From Chiloscyllium plagiosum (lineage: Eukaryota), in NCBI RefSeq assembly GCF_004010195.1, contig NC_057718.1, forward strand, positions 10,190,988 to 10,210,987: a stretch of 20,000 nt of DNA, written 5' to 3'. This document shows positions 1-9,081 of the stretch, piece by piece. How positions within the stretch are numbered: the first letter of the stretch is position 1; every line of letters starts with the position of its first letter. Made by a program: the position numbers and the translations under genes. The notes beneath the pieces were generated by a model, which was not told where the DNA came from, did not search any database, and saw only the letters and a program-made list of their open reading frames with translations.

Positions 1-180
1 GAATCTTCTATTGTTTTTAAAACCAAGGTAGGTAGATTCCCTATTACTGAGGGGATGAAAGATTATCAGGGGTACATAGGAATGTAGAATTAAGGTTAAA
101 ATCAGAGCAGCCGTGACCTTATTGAAAGGCGAGACAGGACCGAAGGGCCATGGGGACTATTCTTGTTTCTTTGTTCATAT
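1..180 (+). mobile_element. CR1-type LINE 3' end fragment
   Basis: tttttaaaaccaaggtaggtagattc...cagccgtgaccttattgaaaggcg...gaagggcc resembles the CR1 3' ends at 4140-4300 and 9280-9440. Confidence 0.7.
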
Positions 181-189
181 GCAGGCCAA

Positions 190-360
190 ATTAAGGACAG
201 CTGAGTTCCTTTGCTGAAGGACACTAATGAACCAGAAGGGTTTTTACACCAATCACCTTTACATTCCAGGATTATAACTGAATTTTAGGTAGAGCAAGGG
301 CAAGGTGGTATTTGAATCCTTGTTTCTGGAGCATTAACAGGAGTTTCCGGCCTGCAGATT
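190..360 (-). mobile_element. Degenerate tRNA-derived SINE fragment (same family as 1810-2125)
   Basis: Shares ttaaggacagctgagttcctt...aaggacactaatgaaccagaagggttttt with 1921-1975. Confidence 0.55.
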
Positions 361-381
361 ATTTGACAAGTGACTTTCCCA

Positions 382-520
382 GATGGAAATGTGTTGCTGG
401 AAAAGCGCAGCAGGTCAGGCAGCATCTAGGGAACAGGAGAATCTGCCTGACCTGCTGCGCTTTTCCAGCAACACATTTCCATCTCTGATCTCCAGCATCT
501 GCAGACCTCACTTTCTCCTC
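382..520. mobile_element. Short fold-back, probably Penelope-derived, element with 42-bp perfect inverted repeat and 15-bp TSD
   Basis: 381-422 is the exact reverse complement of 443-484; caagtgactttccca flanks it at 367-381 and 520-534. Confidence 0.85.
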
Positions 521-631
521 AAGTGACTTTCCCATCATACCAAAAGCACCCCTAACACACGGAAGGGGAAAATGGTGATGAAATAAACCAGTGGCGAAAC
601 ACAAGTCAGATCCATCGAGTGCGTGGCTTAC

Positions 632-744
632 ATTTTGTGAAGATCCAGGTGAGACTTTCTCTTCTGACTGGACCTTCTCTTGGTTTCCCCTTCATATACA
701 GTCGGGCCAGCGAGATCGTACAGGCGCTGGGGGTTGCCTAGGAC
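632..744 (-). CDS. ARFGEF3: ARFGEF3 coding exon (113 bp; VLGNPQRLYDLAGPTVYEGETKRRSSQKRKSHLDLHK/..)
   Basis: Resembles recalled human ILGSPKRLCDLAGPSSTESESRKRSISKRKSHLDLLKL; gacag acceptor, AT|gtaagc donor; phase 0-2. Confidence 0.92.
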
Positions 745-804
745 CTGTCCCGATAGATGTGGATAAGTGTTAATGCAGTTAAAACAAAAGGCACAGTCCT
801 AACT

Positions 805-1395
805 ACTCACCACTGGATGCCATCTTGACTTGGAGTCGCTTGGTCATGAGTTCAAATCCTCACTTGGGAACTTTGGGCACAAAATTGGAGCAAAGGCTCT
901 CAGTGCCCACACTGAGGGAGTGCTGCATTGCCAGAGATGCCAGATTTCAGAAGTTGCGTGACCCTCTCAGGCAGTTGTAAAAATTCCAAGTCTACTGTTT
1001 AAATCAAGATCAGAGGTGTTCTCCCTGGCACCTTGGTGAATAGGGGTCAAAACGTGTGGTGTTGGAAAAGCACAGCCAGTCAGACAGCACCCGAGGAGCA
1101 GGAGAGTTATATTCCACATCCACTGCCTTTTGAGGAAGAGAATTCCCAAGATTCACAAACTTCTGAGAGAAAGAATAATGTTTCTTCATCTCTGTTTTAA
1201 ATGGGTGATGCTCATTCCTGATGAAGAGCTTATGCTCAAAATGTTGACTCTCCTGCTCCTCGGATGCTGCCTGACTGGCTGTGCTTTTCCAGCACCACAC
1301 CTTTTGACTCCAATTTCCAGCATCTGCAGTCATCACTTTCTCTGCCTTGGTCAATAGTCATCCCTCAACCTAAAGCAGGCCTTCATGAGGTTTTC
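805..1395 (+). mobile_element. DeuSINE (SacSINE1/AmnSINE1-like) interrupted by an insertion at 1044-1344
   Basis: B-box-like gagttcaaatcc, then Deu-domain-like motifs actgagggagtgctgcattg...ccctctcaggc...gttctccctggcacc, resuming after the insertion as tcatccctcaacc. Confidence 0.65.
1044..1344. mobile_element. Fold-back element with degenerate hammerhead core and CR1-derived spacer
   Basis: Inverted arms ~1044-1113 and ~1240-1311; TSD ccttggt(g/c)aatag at 1031-1043 and 1345-1357; CTGATGA-A-GAGC-TTAT-GCTC-AAAA at 1218-1241. Confidence 0.8.
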
Positions 1396-1400
1396 ATTTG

Positions 1401-1721
1401 GGGGCGGCATGGTGGTTCAGTAGTTAGCACTGCTGCCTCACAACACTAGGGTCCCAGGTTCGATTCCAGCCTCGGGTGACAGTCTGTGTGGAGTTTGCAC
1501 ATTCTCCCTGTGTCTGCGTGGGTTTCCCCCGGGTGCTCCGGTTTCCTCCACAGTACAAAGATGTGCAGGTCAGGTGGATTGGCCATGCTAAATTACCCAT
1601 AGTGTTAGGTGCATTAGTCGGAGGGAAATGGTTCTGGGTGGGTTACTCTTCAGAGGGTCAGTGTGGACTGGTTGGGCCGAAGGGCCTGTTTCAACACTGT
1701 AGGGAATCTAATCTAAAAAAA
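1401..1721 (+). mobile_element. V-SINE (HE1-like tRNA-derived SINE), near full length
   Basis: A box tggttcagtag, B box ggttcgattcc, V-domain gtgtggagtttgcacattctcc...gtgtctgcgtgggtttcc, CR1-like tail gggccgaagggcctgtttc...aatcta. Confidence 0.88.
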
Positions 1722-1809
1722 CTTGGGATGGGGGTGTAGTTCAGAGTGAACCATGTTGGTGGGGGCCAGGAGTCACATATACAGCCCCAGGCAAAAGGTT
1801 GTAGGATTC

Positions 1810-2125
1810 ATTTATTCATTCATGGGATGTGGGTGTCGCTGATGAGGCCAGTATTTATTGCCCATCCCTTAGAGTCAACCACATTGCTGTGGGTCTGGAG
1901 TCACATGTAGGCCAAACCAGGTAAGGATGGCAGTTCCCTTCCCTAAAAGACATCAGTGAACCAGATGGGTTTTTCCCCACAATTGACAATGGTTTCATGG
2001 TCATCATCAGACTCTTGGTTCCAGATGTTTATTTAAGTCAAATTCCACCGTCCGCCAATGGTAGGACTCAAACCTGGGTCCCCTGATGAACAATCCAGTG
2101 GTCACACCACTAGGCCATCACCTCC
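1810..2125 (-). mobile_element. tRNA-derived SINE with LINE-derived 3' tail
   Basis: Minus strand begins ggaggtgatggcctagtgg (A box)...ggtttgagtcc (B box) and ends ...ggatgggcaataaatactggcc...cacatcccatgaatgaataaa, the tail also seen at 6120-6175. Confidence 0.7.
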
Positions 2126-2152
2126 AATGTGGAATGAAAGACACCAACACAC

Positions 2153-2477
2153 CTCCTTCATGATCTTGATAGCCTCTACCCGATGTTGTGGTGGTGGATA
2201 CAGCAGAAGGCGATGGTAAAGGGACTGCAGGACTGGCCTCAGTGACTCCAGGCAGCCGACAAGCCGCACCAGCTCCGCTGCTATGTAGTAGATGGTGCGT
2301 GCCACAGGTCCAATGAGTGCAGGCGCTGTGGACGAACAGCCTGATCCGCGGCCATGATCGGAGACGCCGGTCAAAGAAGCCTCAGTCTCCGTCAGCGAGG
2401 CGACATGACCTGACGAGATGGTCTTATCATGGATAGGGTTACCCAGGATGACAATCAGGGCTGGACAGAGCTGCTTC
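2153..2477 (-). CDS. ARFGEF3: ARFGEF3 coding exon (325 bp; W/KQLCPALIVILGNPIHDKT...LLYPPPQHRVEAIKIMKE)
   Basis: Core of ORF 2102..2503; strong resemblance to BIG3 (LCPALIVILGNPIHDKT, GVSDHGRGSGCS, GPVARTIYYIAAELVRLVG, YPPPQHRVEAIKIMKE); ttgcag acceptor, GAG|gtgtgt donor; phase 2-0. Confidence 0.96.
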
Positions 2478-2679
2478 CTGCAACAACATGGAAAGGGGTT
2501 CAAGGAAGAAGCTTGGACAACAATAACTCACATTTAAATAGCACTGTTAACAGAGTAATGTTACCAGGATACTTCACACAAGGGCATTATCAGGTGACTG
2601 AGCCACTTGGTCAACAGCTTGAAGGAGGAGAGAGAGAGTTTGAGAGATTTAGGGAAACCTTATCTTCAGCTTGGGGCCT

Positions 2680-2870
2680 AGCTAGCAATAATTTGTACTT
2701 TTATAGCATCTCTTACATAATAATACACTGCCCCAAGGCAGTTCACAGAGGCACCTACAAACAAAATATAACATCGAACCACTGAAGGAGAAATTACAAC
2801 AGATGACTAAAGCATGGACAAAGAGATAGGTTTTGAGGAAGTCTTAAAAGGAGGAGGATGTGGAGAGATT
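2680..2870 (-). mobile_element. L2-type LINE 3' end fragment
   Basis: cccaaggcagttcacagagg...agatgactaaagcatggacaaagagataggttttgaggaagtcttaaaaggagg is the reverse complement of a typical L2 3' region. Confidence 0.55.
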
Positions 2871-3129
2871 TTATTGAAGTAAGTTCACACCGAGAGTTGG
2901 GCACTAATTGTGTCAAAGTTAGCTGTTAGTTCTTTGTCGCAGAAATAATTGGACCAATCAGACACAATAACCTTTACTTAGCAACAGAATTAGTTATGGA
3001 TCGTGTCAGTGAGGTACAGAGTACATCTGCTCTCCAGTACTGCTGCTTCAGATTGCTTTCCAGTCTTAGGGACTAATGTTTTGTTGTGGATAATAATTTA
3101 CACCAGCTTAAGATATGCCTCATTATTGT

Positions 3130-3250
3130 ATAATTAGATTTAGAATTAAATTTAGGTTTTCATCATGGTGGGATCTGAACTCATGTTCCTAGATAATTAG
3201 CCTGGGCCTCCGGATTACTAACCCAGTGGCATCGCTACAACACCCTATCT
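3130..3250 (-). mobile_element. tRNA-SINE head fragment (family of 1810-2125)
   Basis: catggtgggatctgaactcatg...ctgggcctccggattactaacccagtggcatcgctac parallels 2057-2120. Confidence 0.5.
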
Positions 3251-3567
3251 CCCCCCCCCCCCATCTGATTGGTCGAATGGTCTTCTGGTCACCTGTCCTT
3301 GGGGGAATGTACTATGAAGTACAAAGACAAGTAATCAGGATAGATTAGAATGGACAGTGAGGCTCTTAAAAGCCAAACAGTCTAACACAATCGAAGTTTT
3401 TATGTTAGTTTTTATGCCCTCTTTGATGAACAACCTCCACACTTTCCCCGCACCATTTTAGTTGGTGTTTTCTGCAGCACATAACAGAGACACCAAGTTG
3501 GCAACAGAAACTGCTGCCAACAGACAGTTGGCAGAGACCTGGCATCAGTGAACATTTGACCCAGGTT

Positions 3568-3912
3568 ACAGAATGTTACAGCACAGAAGGCCATTTAACC
3601 CACTGTGTCTGTACCAGCTCCTGAAAGAGCTACCCAGCCAGTACCACTCTCCAGTTCTATCGCTGTACCCATCTAAATTCATCCTTTTCAAATATACATC
3701 CAGCTGTCCTTTGAAACCTCTTTTGGTATTTGCCACCGCCTGTCTCCCAGGAAGTATATCCCAAACCCTAATGAATCTGAGTAAAGACGTTTCTCTTCAT
3801 CTCATTCTAGCTCCCTTGCTGACATTCTTGAAATTGTGACTCCTGGTGAGCAAATAAGGTGCCCAGAACTCAACACAACACTCCAAACGTGGTCTGACCA
3901 ATGACTTGTACA
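3568..3912 (-). mobile_element. Degraded CR1 LINE 3' fragment
   Basis: Reverse strand of 3850-3912 reads LYKSLVRPRLECCVEFWAPY (CR1 ORF2 C-terminal motif); CR1 tail at 3570-3620. Confidence 0.7.
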
Positions 3913-4300
3913 GGTTGAATAGATTGAGCCTGCATTCACTGAAAAGATTCAGAGGCAACTTTATTGAAACATAGGAACTTGACAGGGTAAAAGTTGCTTT
4001 CTCTTGTGGGGAAGTCTCGGTTCAGAGGGGTCACCCATTTAAGACAGAGATGTGGAGGAATTCCTTCTCTCAGAGGGGAGTGAACCTGTAGAATTCTTTG
4101 CCCTCGAGGGCTACAGAGGCTGAGTCATAAAGATATTCAAGGCTGAGACAGACAAATTTTTAATCCGTAAGGGAATGACGGGTTATGGGGAAAAGTCAGG
4201 AAAGTGGAGCTGAGAGTTATCAGATCAGCCATGATCGCATTGAATGGTGGAGCAGACTCGTTGGGCTGAATGGCCTTACCTCTTCCCCTATGTTTTATGG
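3913..4300 (+). mobile_element. CR1 LINE 3' fragment
   Basis: tttaagacagagatgtggaggaattccttctctcagagg and 3' UTR agatcagccatgatcgcattgaatggtggagcagactcg...gggctgaatggcc. Confidence 0.8.
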
Positions 4301-4365
4301 TCAGCACTTCAAACAATACAGACTGAAATGAGAGACACTGCAAATACATCAATAATACAGCTCAC

Positions 4366-4470
4366 CACAAGAGGTCTGTGAAACCTTTATGACGATGCAT
4401 GACAGGAGAGGAACTGTTCAGCATGGAGAGGATACACTCCAGGTACAGGAGCTGCAACTGTTGGTTATTA
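4366..4470 (-). CDS. ARFGEF3: ARFGEF3 coding exon (105 bp; NNQQLQLLYLECILSMLNSSSPVMHRHKGFTDLL/W)
   Basis: Resembles recalled human DSQQLQLLYLECILSVLSSSSSSMHLHRRFTDLIW; ctcttcctttcag acceptor, TG|gtgagc donor; phase 2-2. Confidence 0.93.
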
Positions 4471-4929
4471 CTGAAAGGAAGAGGGCAGGAGTTAAAACGC
4501 AGTTCAGACAAATTCAACTAGAAATTCTAACAGACAGGTCCTTAATACCACAGGAAAAGTAGAAATGGGTCCATGCAAGAAGCTAGTCAATAAATTCAAA
4601 CCTATATGATCTACGGGCAGCAGATAGTCCCCAGAATTCATGGCTAATGTTTGTATGCTCACAGTATGCCCACTGGTTGTGATACTCTGGTGGCAGTATT
4701 GCATACATTGAGAAAACGTCACCACATATCACCAATTCAACTGAACGAGACAGTGTGAAATGCAAAATTTCTGCATAGGTGCTTAATCCAGACTCTAACG
4801 CCCTCCTCATTCAGGGGATTACAAGAAAATCAATAAACAAAAAGGGAATCGAACAATTTATGAAGACTGGGATGCTTCTGTATATGTTTGCATTCACAGC
4901 ACCTTACATCATCCAACCAAATACAGCCA

Positions 4930-5730
4930 GTAATGGAAGGTGACAGCAACAGAGCTATCAAGCAGCAAAACAATAACCTGCTCAATGATGCTCAGATTGG
5001 GTTCCTCCAGGGCCACTCAGCTCCTGATTTCATTACAGCCTGGCCCAAACATGGACAAAAAGAGGTGAACTCCATTGTTTGCCATCAACGAGATGTATAC
5101 TTGCCAACACTCCTTCAACAGCACCTTCAAAACCCATGACCACTACCATCTACAAAGACAAGGGCAGCAAATACATGGGAACACCTTCACCTGCAAGCTC
5201 ACTAACTTGGAAATATACCATTGTTCCTGCAGTGTGCCTGGGTCAAAATCCTGAAACTGCCTCCAAAACAGCACTGTGAAGTTACCTGTGTCACATGTGT
5301 GACACCACTTACAACACTCTCTTAGCCACTGATGCATAATGGCAGTAGTCAAGAGGATGGTGATGGAAAAGCACAGCAGGTCAGGCAGCATCCGAGGAGC
5401 AGGAGCATAAACGTTTCAGGCAGTTGTGTATATTATCCACAAGATGCATTGCAGTAACTCAATAAAGGTTCACCAAGACTTGCACCCTCTGGGGCATCTA
5501 GTTCAAGGGCAGGAGATACATGGGAGCACTACCATTTACAAACCAATAAATCATCCTGACTTAGAGATACATTATCATTCCTTCAGTGTTATTGGGTCAA
5601 AATCTTGGAACTCCCTCCCTAACAACATTGTGCTGGGTACCTATGTCATCTGGACTACAGTGATTCATGGACATTTAGGGATGGACAGTAAATGCTGGTC
5701 TTTCCACTGAGGCTCATATCCTACAAACTA
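4930..5730 (+). mobile_element. Fragments of a CR1/L2-group LINE (RT remnant plus two 3' segments)
   Basis: NNLLNDAQIGFLQGHSAPDFITAW is an RT QxGFR-like motif; 3' segments ggtcaaaatc(c/t)tg(a/g)aact...aacagca at 5240-5275 and 5595-5630. Confidence 0.65.
5348..5422 (-). mobile_element. Single arm of the fold-back/hammerhead family
   Basis: ggaaaagcacagcaggtcaggcagcatccgaggagcaggagcataaacgtttcaggca matches arms at 1053-1110 and 13224-13260; minus strand retains GCCT-GAAA-CGTT. Confidence 0.75.
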
Positions 5731-5994
5731 AATTTCAGAGTACTTTAAAGAGTATAACATATAGGCAGTTTGGAAACTGATGTTAATGAAAATGGCTAAT
5801 GGACACGGCTTTGTGGTAGCTGCCCATTCTATATCTCGTGGGACCTATACATTAGTACAAATGAACTCTCCATGGGACTGAGAAAGGACTAAATCCCATA
5901 CCAAGTTGAAAAGCTGAGGCAACCGCGTGATTCCTGATATTGGGACTGTTGGAAAATATTTGCGAAACAAAAAAAAAATGAAACTGGATGGACC

Positions 5995-6180
5995 AACCAG
6001 CGTCCACTATCACTGAGGCAAAATGCTGGAACCCCGTCCTATCAGCTCTGTGGGCATCCCTATTCCATGGATTGCCACAGTTCAAGAAAGCAGCTCACCA
6101 CCACCTTCTCAAGTGCAAATAGGGATGGGCAACAAATATTGCCCCAAGCCTGTGATGCCTACATCCCATGAATACATCAA
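5995..6180 (+). mobile_element. LINE 3' end (CR1/L2 group)
   Basis: agttcaagaaagcagctcaccaccaccttctcaagtgcaaatagggatgggcaacaaat...catcccatgaat tail. Confidence 0.7.
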
Positions 6181-6536
6181 TCAGTGAACCACATAATGGT
6201 TACTGGACAGAGGGAGGCCAATCAGCCCATCGTACAGTGCTGGTTCTCTACAAGAGCAAACTTAGCCAGCCCCACCACCAGCTTCCCTCTCTTCTCTCTT
6301 CCTCCTCAGTCCTTCTGTAGTTAGAACTGCAGTTACATTCCTTTCCCCACTATCATCCCTGGGGCCAGCTGTTAGGATGGAGAGGGGAGTCACGCTGCCT
6401 CAGACAGACTTGGCAGAGAATTCTAGTCATTGCTGTGATTTCTGAGTGTGTGTGGTAGTTAGGCCTGAGCTGGACAGGTTTGTGGATAATCTTTAGGGAA
6501 ATGTCTTAAAGCCTGAACCATGGAGAGTCCACTTAC

Positions 6537-6621
6537 GTCACCACTCTTTGCAGCTTCTCGCAAAGGACAGCAAGCACGGAGACCACGTCCTCACACAGCG
6601 ACTCGACCGGGACTGAGGAGC
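6537..6621 (-). CDS. ARFGEF3: ARFGEF3 coding exon (85 bp; G/SSVPVESLCEDVVSVLAVLCEKLQRVV/T)
   Basis: Resembles recalled human GSTVESLCDDVVSVLTVLCEKLQ; ccttttgtcag acceptor, AC|gtaagt donor; phase 1-2. Confidence 0.92.
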
Positions 6622-7504
6622 CTGACAAAAGGAGCATAGGACGATCAGCACGACGCAAACATCTCTGAGAGCTCAATAAAGCCTGACACTGGCTTCAGGA
6701 ATAACAGGGGGAGGGGAGGGGTACAACATGGGACGAGGAAAGGCAGACTTCAACATGGTGTAGTGTAATGGAAACCAAGTCACATGGTGAGACATTGGGA
6801 TGGACAGCCGACAGCCTGATCAAAGGGGAGTTAAGACCTACCCACTCAGTCCAAGGTTGTCATGGTGACATCTGTAAGACACAATGGTGGTCTTTTGAGA
6901 GACCACCCGAGAGGGTAGTCACAAACTCCATAGGGTGGATGATAAAGGGGGAGGGCAGGGAGGGTTTGTCCACAATTCACTCCTTGCAAGCCCACACTGA
7001 AACCATAACATGCCAAGGCTGGGGCTAAACCAACCAATGGTGGGGCTTCTGGTCCTCACTTGGAAGATAATCCCTCCCTTCGGAGCTGCTACTTGATCTG
7101 ATTCACCATGAGTTCCAATATTCCTGACACCCGGAATTGCAGAAAAAGGCCCAGGGGAGGTTCATGGTTTTCTTGTGAGGAGTTGGGTGGTAAAGGGACA
7201 CCATGGGGTCTTAGGGCAGGGGGATGGAAGTATGGCGGGGAGCAGGATGGTCTGGGTCCAGTCGGGCTGATAGCACAGAAGTGTGGACTCATTGGCATTA
7301 AGGGGAGGGGGGTATACAGTTGACATGTGCGGGACATCCTGAAGAATGAAATGCCTCGTTTTCCTCTCCCTTCCCTGTATCACGTCAAACAAACTGCCTA
7401 CTCTTGCCCGACTGCCTACATCAGGCACATGTACCACATTATTCCAATCAATAGGCTTGTTAACAAATCCAAATGATCTTTAATGGTTTATGTATGTATG
7501 TACA

Positions 7505-7742
7505 GCCACCCGACTTTACACTCGCCCCACTCTGGGCGCTCCATTTTCCTCCCACAGTCCAAAGAGGTGCAGGTTAGGTGGATCGGCAATGGGAAATTAC
7601 ACCACAGTGTCCAGGTTTGTACAGGATTAGCCAATGGTAAATGGGCTAAGATGGGGCATAGGTCTGGGCAGGATGCTCTCCAGAGGGTCGGTGCAGATTC
7701 ATTGGACTGAATGGCCTCTTTATGCACAGTAGGGGATTCTAT
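7505..7742 (+). mobile_element. 5'-truncated V-SINE (HE1-like)
   Basis: ttcctcccacagtccaaagaggtgcaggttaggtggatcggcaatgggaaattac and tail cagagggtcggtgcagattcattggactgaatggcct. Confidence 0.75.
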
Positions 7743-7774
7743 AAAGTTTGCAGGGCTACAAGAGTGACAGAGCT

Positions 7775-8160
7775 ATAGAAACATTATGCCAGAGGAGGCC
7801 ATTCAGCCCACTGAATCCATGCTGACCCTTCACAGAGCGATCAAATCCATCCTGTTCCTCCACTCCATAAATGTGGCTTTGCAAGTTTATTTCCCTTAAG
7901 TGTCCACACAATTTCTTTTAAAAATCATGGATCGTCTTTGCTTCCACCATATTGCCTTGAAGGCAAAGAATACCAATTATTATCACTCACTGACATTCCT
8001 ATCCCCACCCCACATCTCTTGCCCAAAACCTTAAAATGTGTTCCTCTCGTCCTTGTAATTCATGGGATGGGCTAATGGATGAGAGCAATTTTTCCTTGTC
8101 AACTTTACATAAACCTGTTGTGATCTTGTATACGTTGATCAAGTCTCCTGTTAATCTCCA
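7775..8160 (-). mobile_element. Degraded CR1 LINE 3' fragment
   Basis: gaggaggccattcagcccact... tail and gatcttgtatacgttgatcaagtctcct (reverse of GDLINVYKI). Confidence 0.6.
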
Positions 8161-8312
8161 ATGGGTTAGTTAGGTAAATTGTTCCTAAAGTTGATACAGG
8201 TATAATGGGCTGAATGCCTTCCTCTTTAAGTGACTTTATAAGCAAGCTTAAATTACATGTCTAACCTTCCGCACAAGAACAGGCCATTTGGCCCAACGCG
8301 TATACGATGGTA

Positions 8313-8496
8313 CACACAAAAACAGAAATTGCTGGAGAAACTCAACAGATCTGACTCCTCTTCAGATAGCCGGACTCAAAACATTAACTCTGTTTTCTCT
8401 TCACAGATGCTGCCAATCCTGCTGAATTTCTCCAGCAATTTCCATTTCCATTTCCATTTTAGATCTCCAACATCCACAGTTCTGCGATTTATTTAA
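8313..8496. mobile_element. Second-type fold-back element with degenerate hammerhead remnants
   Basis: gaaattgctggagaaactcaacag (8325-8348) vs ctgctgaatttctccagcaatttc (8419-8442); possible diverged TSD gtatacgatggta/gtacatgttggta (8300-8312, 8497-8509). Confidence 0.6.
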
Positions 8497-8546
8497 GTAC
8501 ATGTTGGTATTTGTGCTCCCCCTAAGTTGGGCGAAGGATTTTTTAC

Positions 8547-8589
8547 CTTTGCTGTAATGTTCCTCCTGCAATGTACAACCATCCTCATT
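8547..8589 (-). CDS. ARFGEF3: ARFGEF3 short divergent coding exon (43 bp; NEDGCTLQEEHYSK/G)
   Basis: Strong acceptor tttcccttctctcgtcag and donor AAG|gtaaaa. Phase 0-to-1 is exactly what joins the flanking exons. Length fits the recalled human segment IIENPDVPQDFGNQ/G, but there is no clear amino-acid similarity. Confidence 0.72.
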
Positions 8590-9081
8590 CTGACGAGAGA
8601 AGGGAAATTGATTCATTTAGTCAGGTCAACTGTCAACAACAACTGGAGCCACACATATGATGAGCAGACATACTTACCGGTGACTGGAATGCAAAGGAAC
8701 TTTAAATGGTTCAAACACTATGTGATAGAAGTTCAACTGTGCATCAAGGAGGATACAACACGCTTAATATTACTCTCATTTTCAACTTGCAGAGAAGATT
8801 GCAGAAATAAACAGGGAAAACCCATGTCCAAGGTTAACTTAAGTAAGTGCAATTCTGCTAAGTATCTCAATCCATGAGTTCAAAGAGGTTCTGTTTGGGA
8901 ACATGGACATCAGAGATACAGGGGTCTCCATTATATGTGAATAGCAAATAGAGCATTTGAGTTATCTCCAACTTACAGATGTGGAACCTTTCATTACTCT
9001 ACCCTTAGTGAAGCCTCACCTGATACTGAAATTGTTTTGTCATCTTCTCCAGGGTTTTCTGCTATGATAGTCAATGTTATT

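Noticed and set aside
382..520. Classical MITE/DNA transposon
   Set aside because: The inverted repeat is not terminal (unpaired ~36-bp tail inside the TSD), and TSDs of 13-15 bp vary between copies.
1401..1475. tRNA genes at SINE heads (also 10747, 18785, 19248)
   Set aside because: A/B boxes continue into the V-domain and LINE-like tail without an acceptor stem or terminator; these are SINEs.
1476..1739. Recurrent CVEFAHSPCVCVGF / HGGSVVSTAASQ ORFs as a gene family
   Set aside because: Translations of non-coding V-SINE copies.
2102..2503. Stand-alone 133-aa protein
   Set aside because: Only 2153-2477 is exonic; both ends are read-through into intron.
9020..9061. QKTLEKMTKQFQYQ (phase 0-0) as the missing ARFGEF3 exon
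   Set aside because: The next conserved exon needs a phase 1 junction; 8547-8589 fits better.
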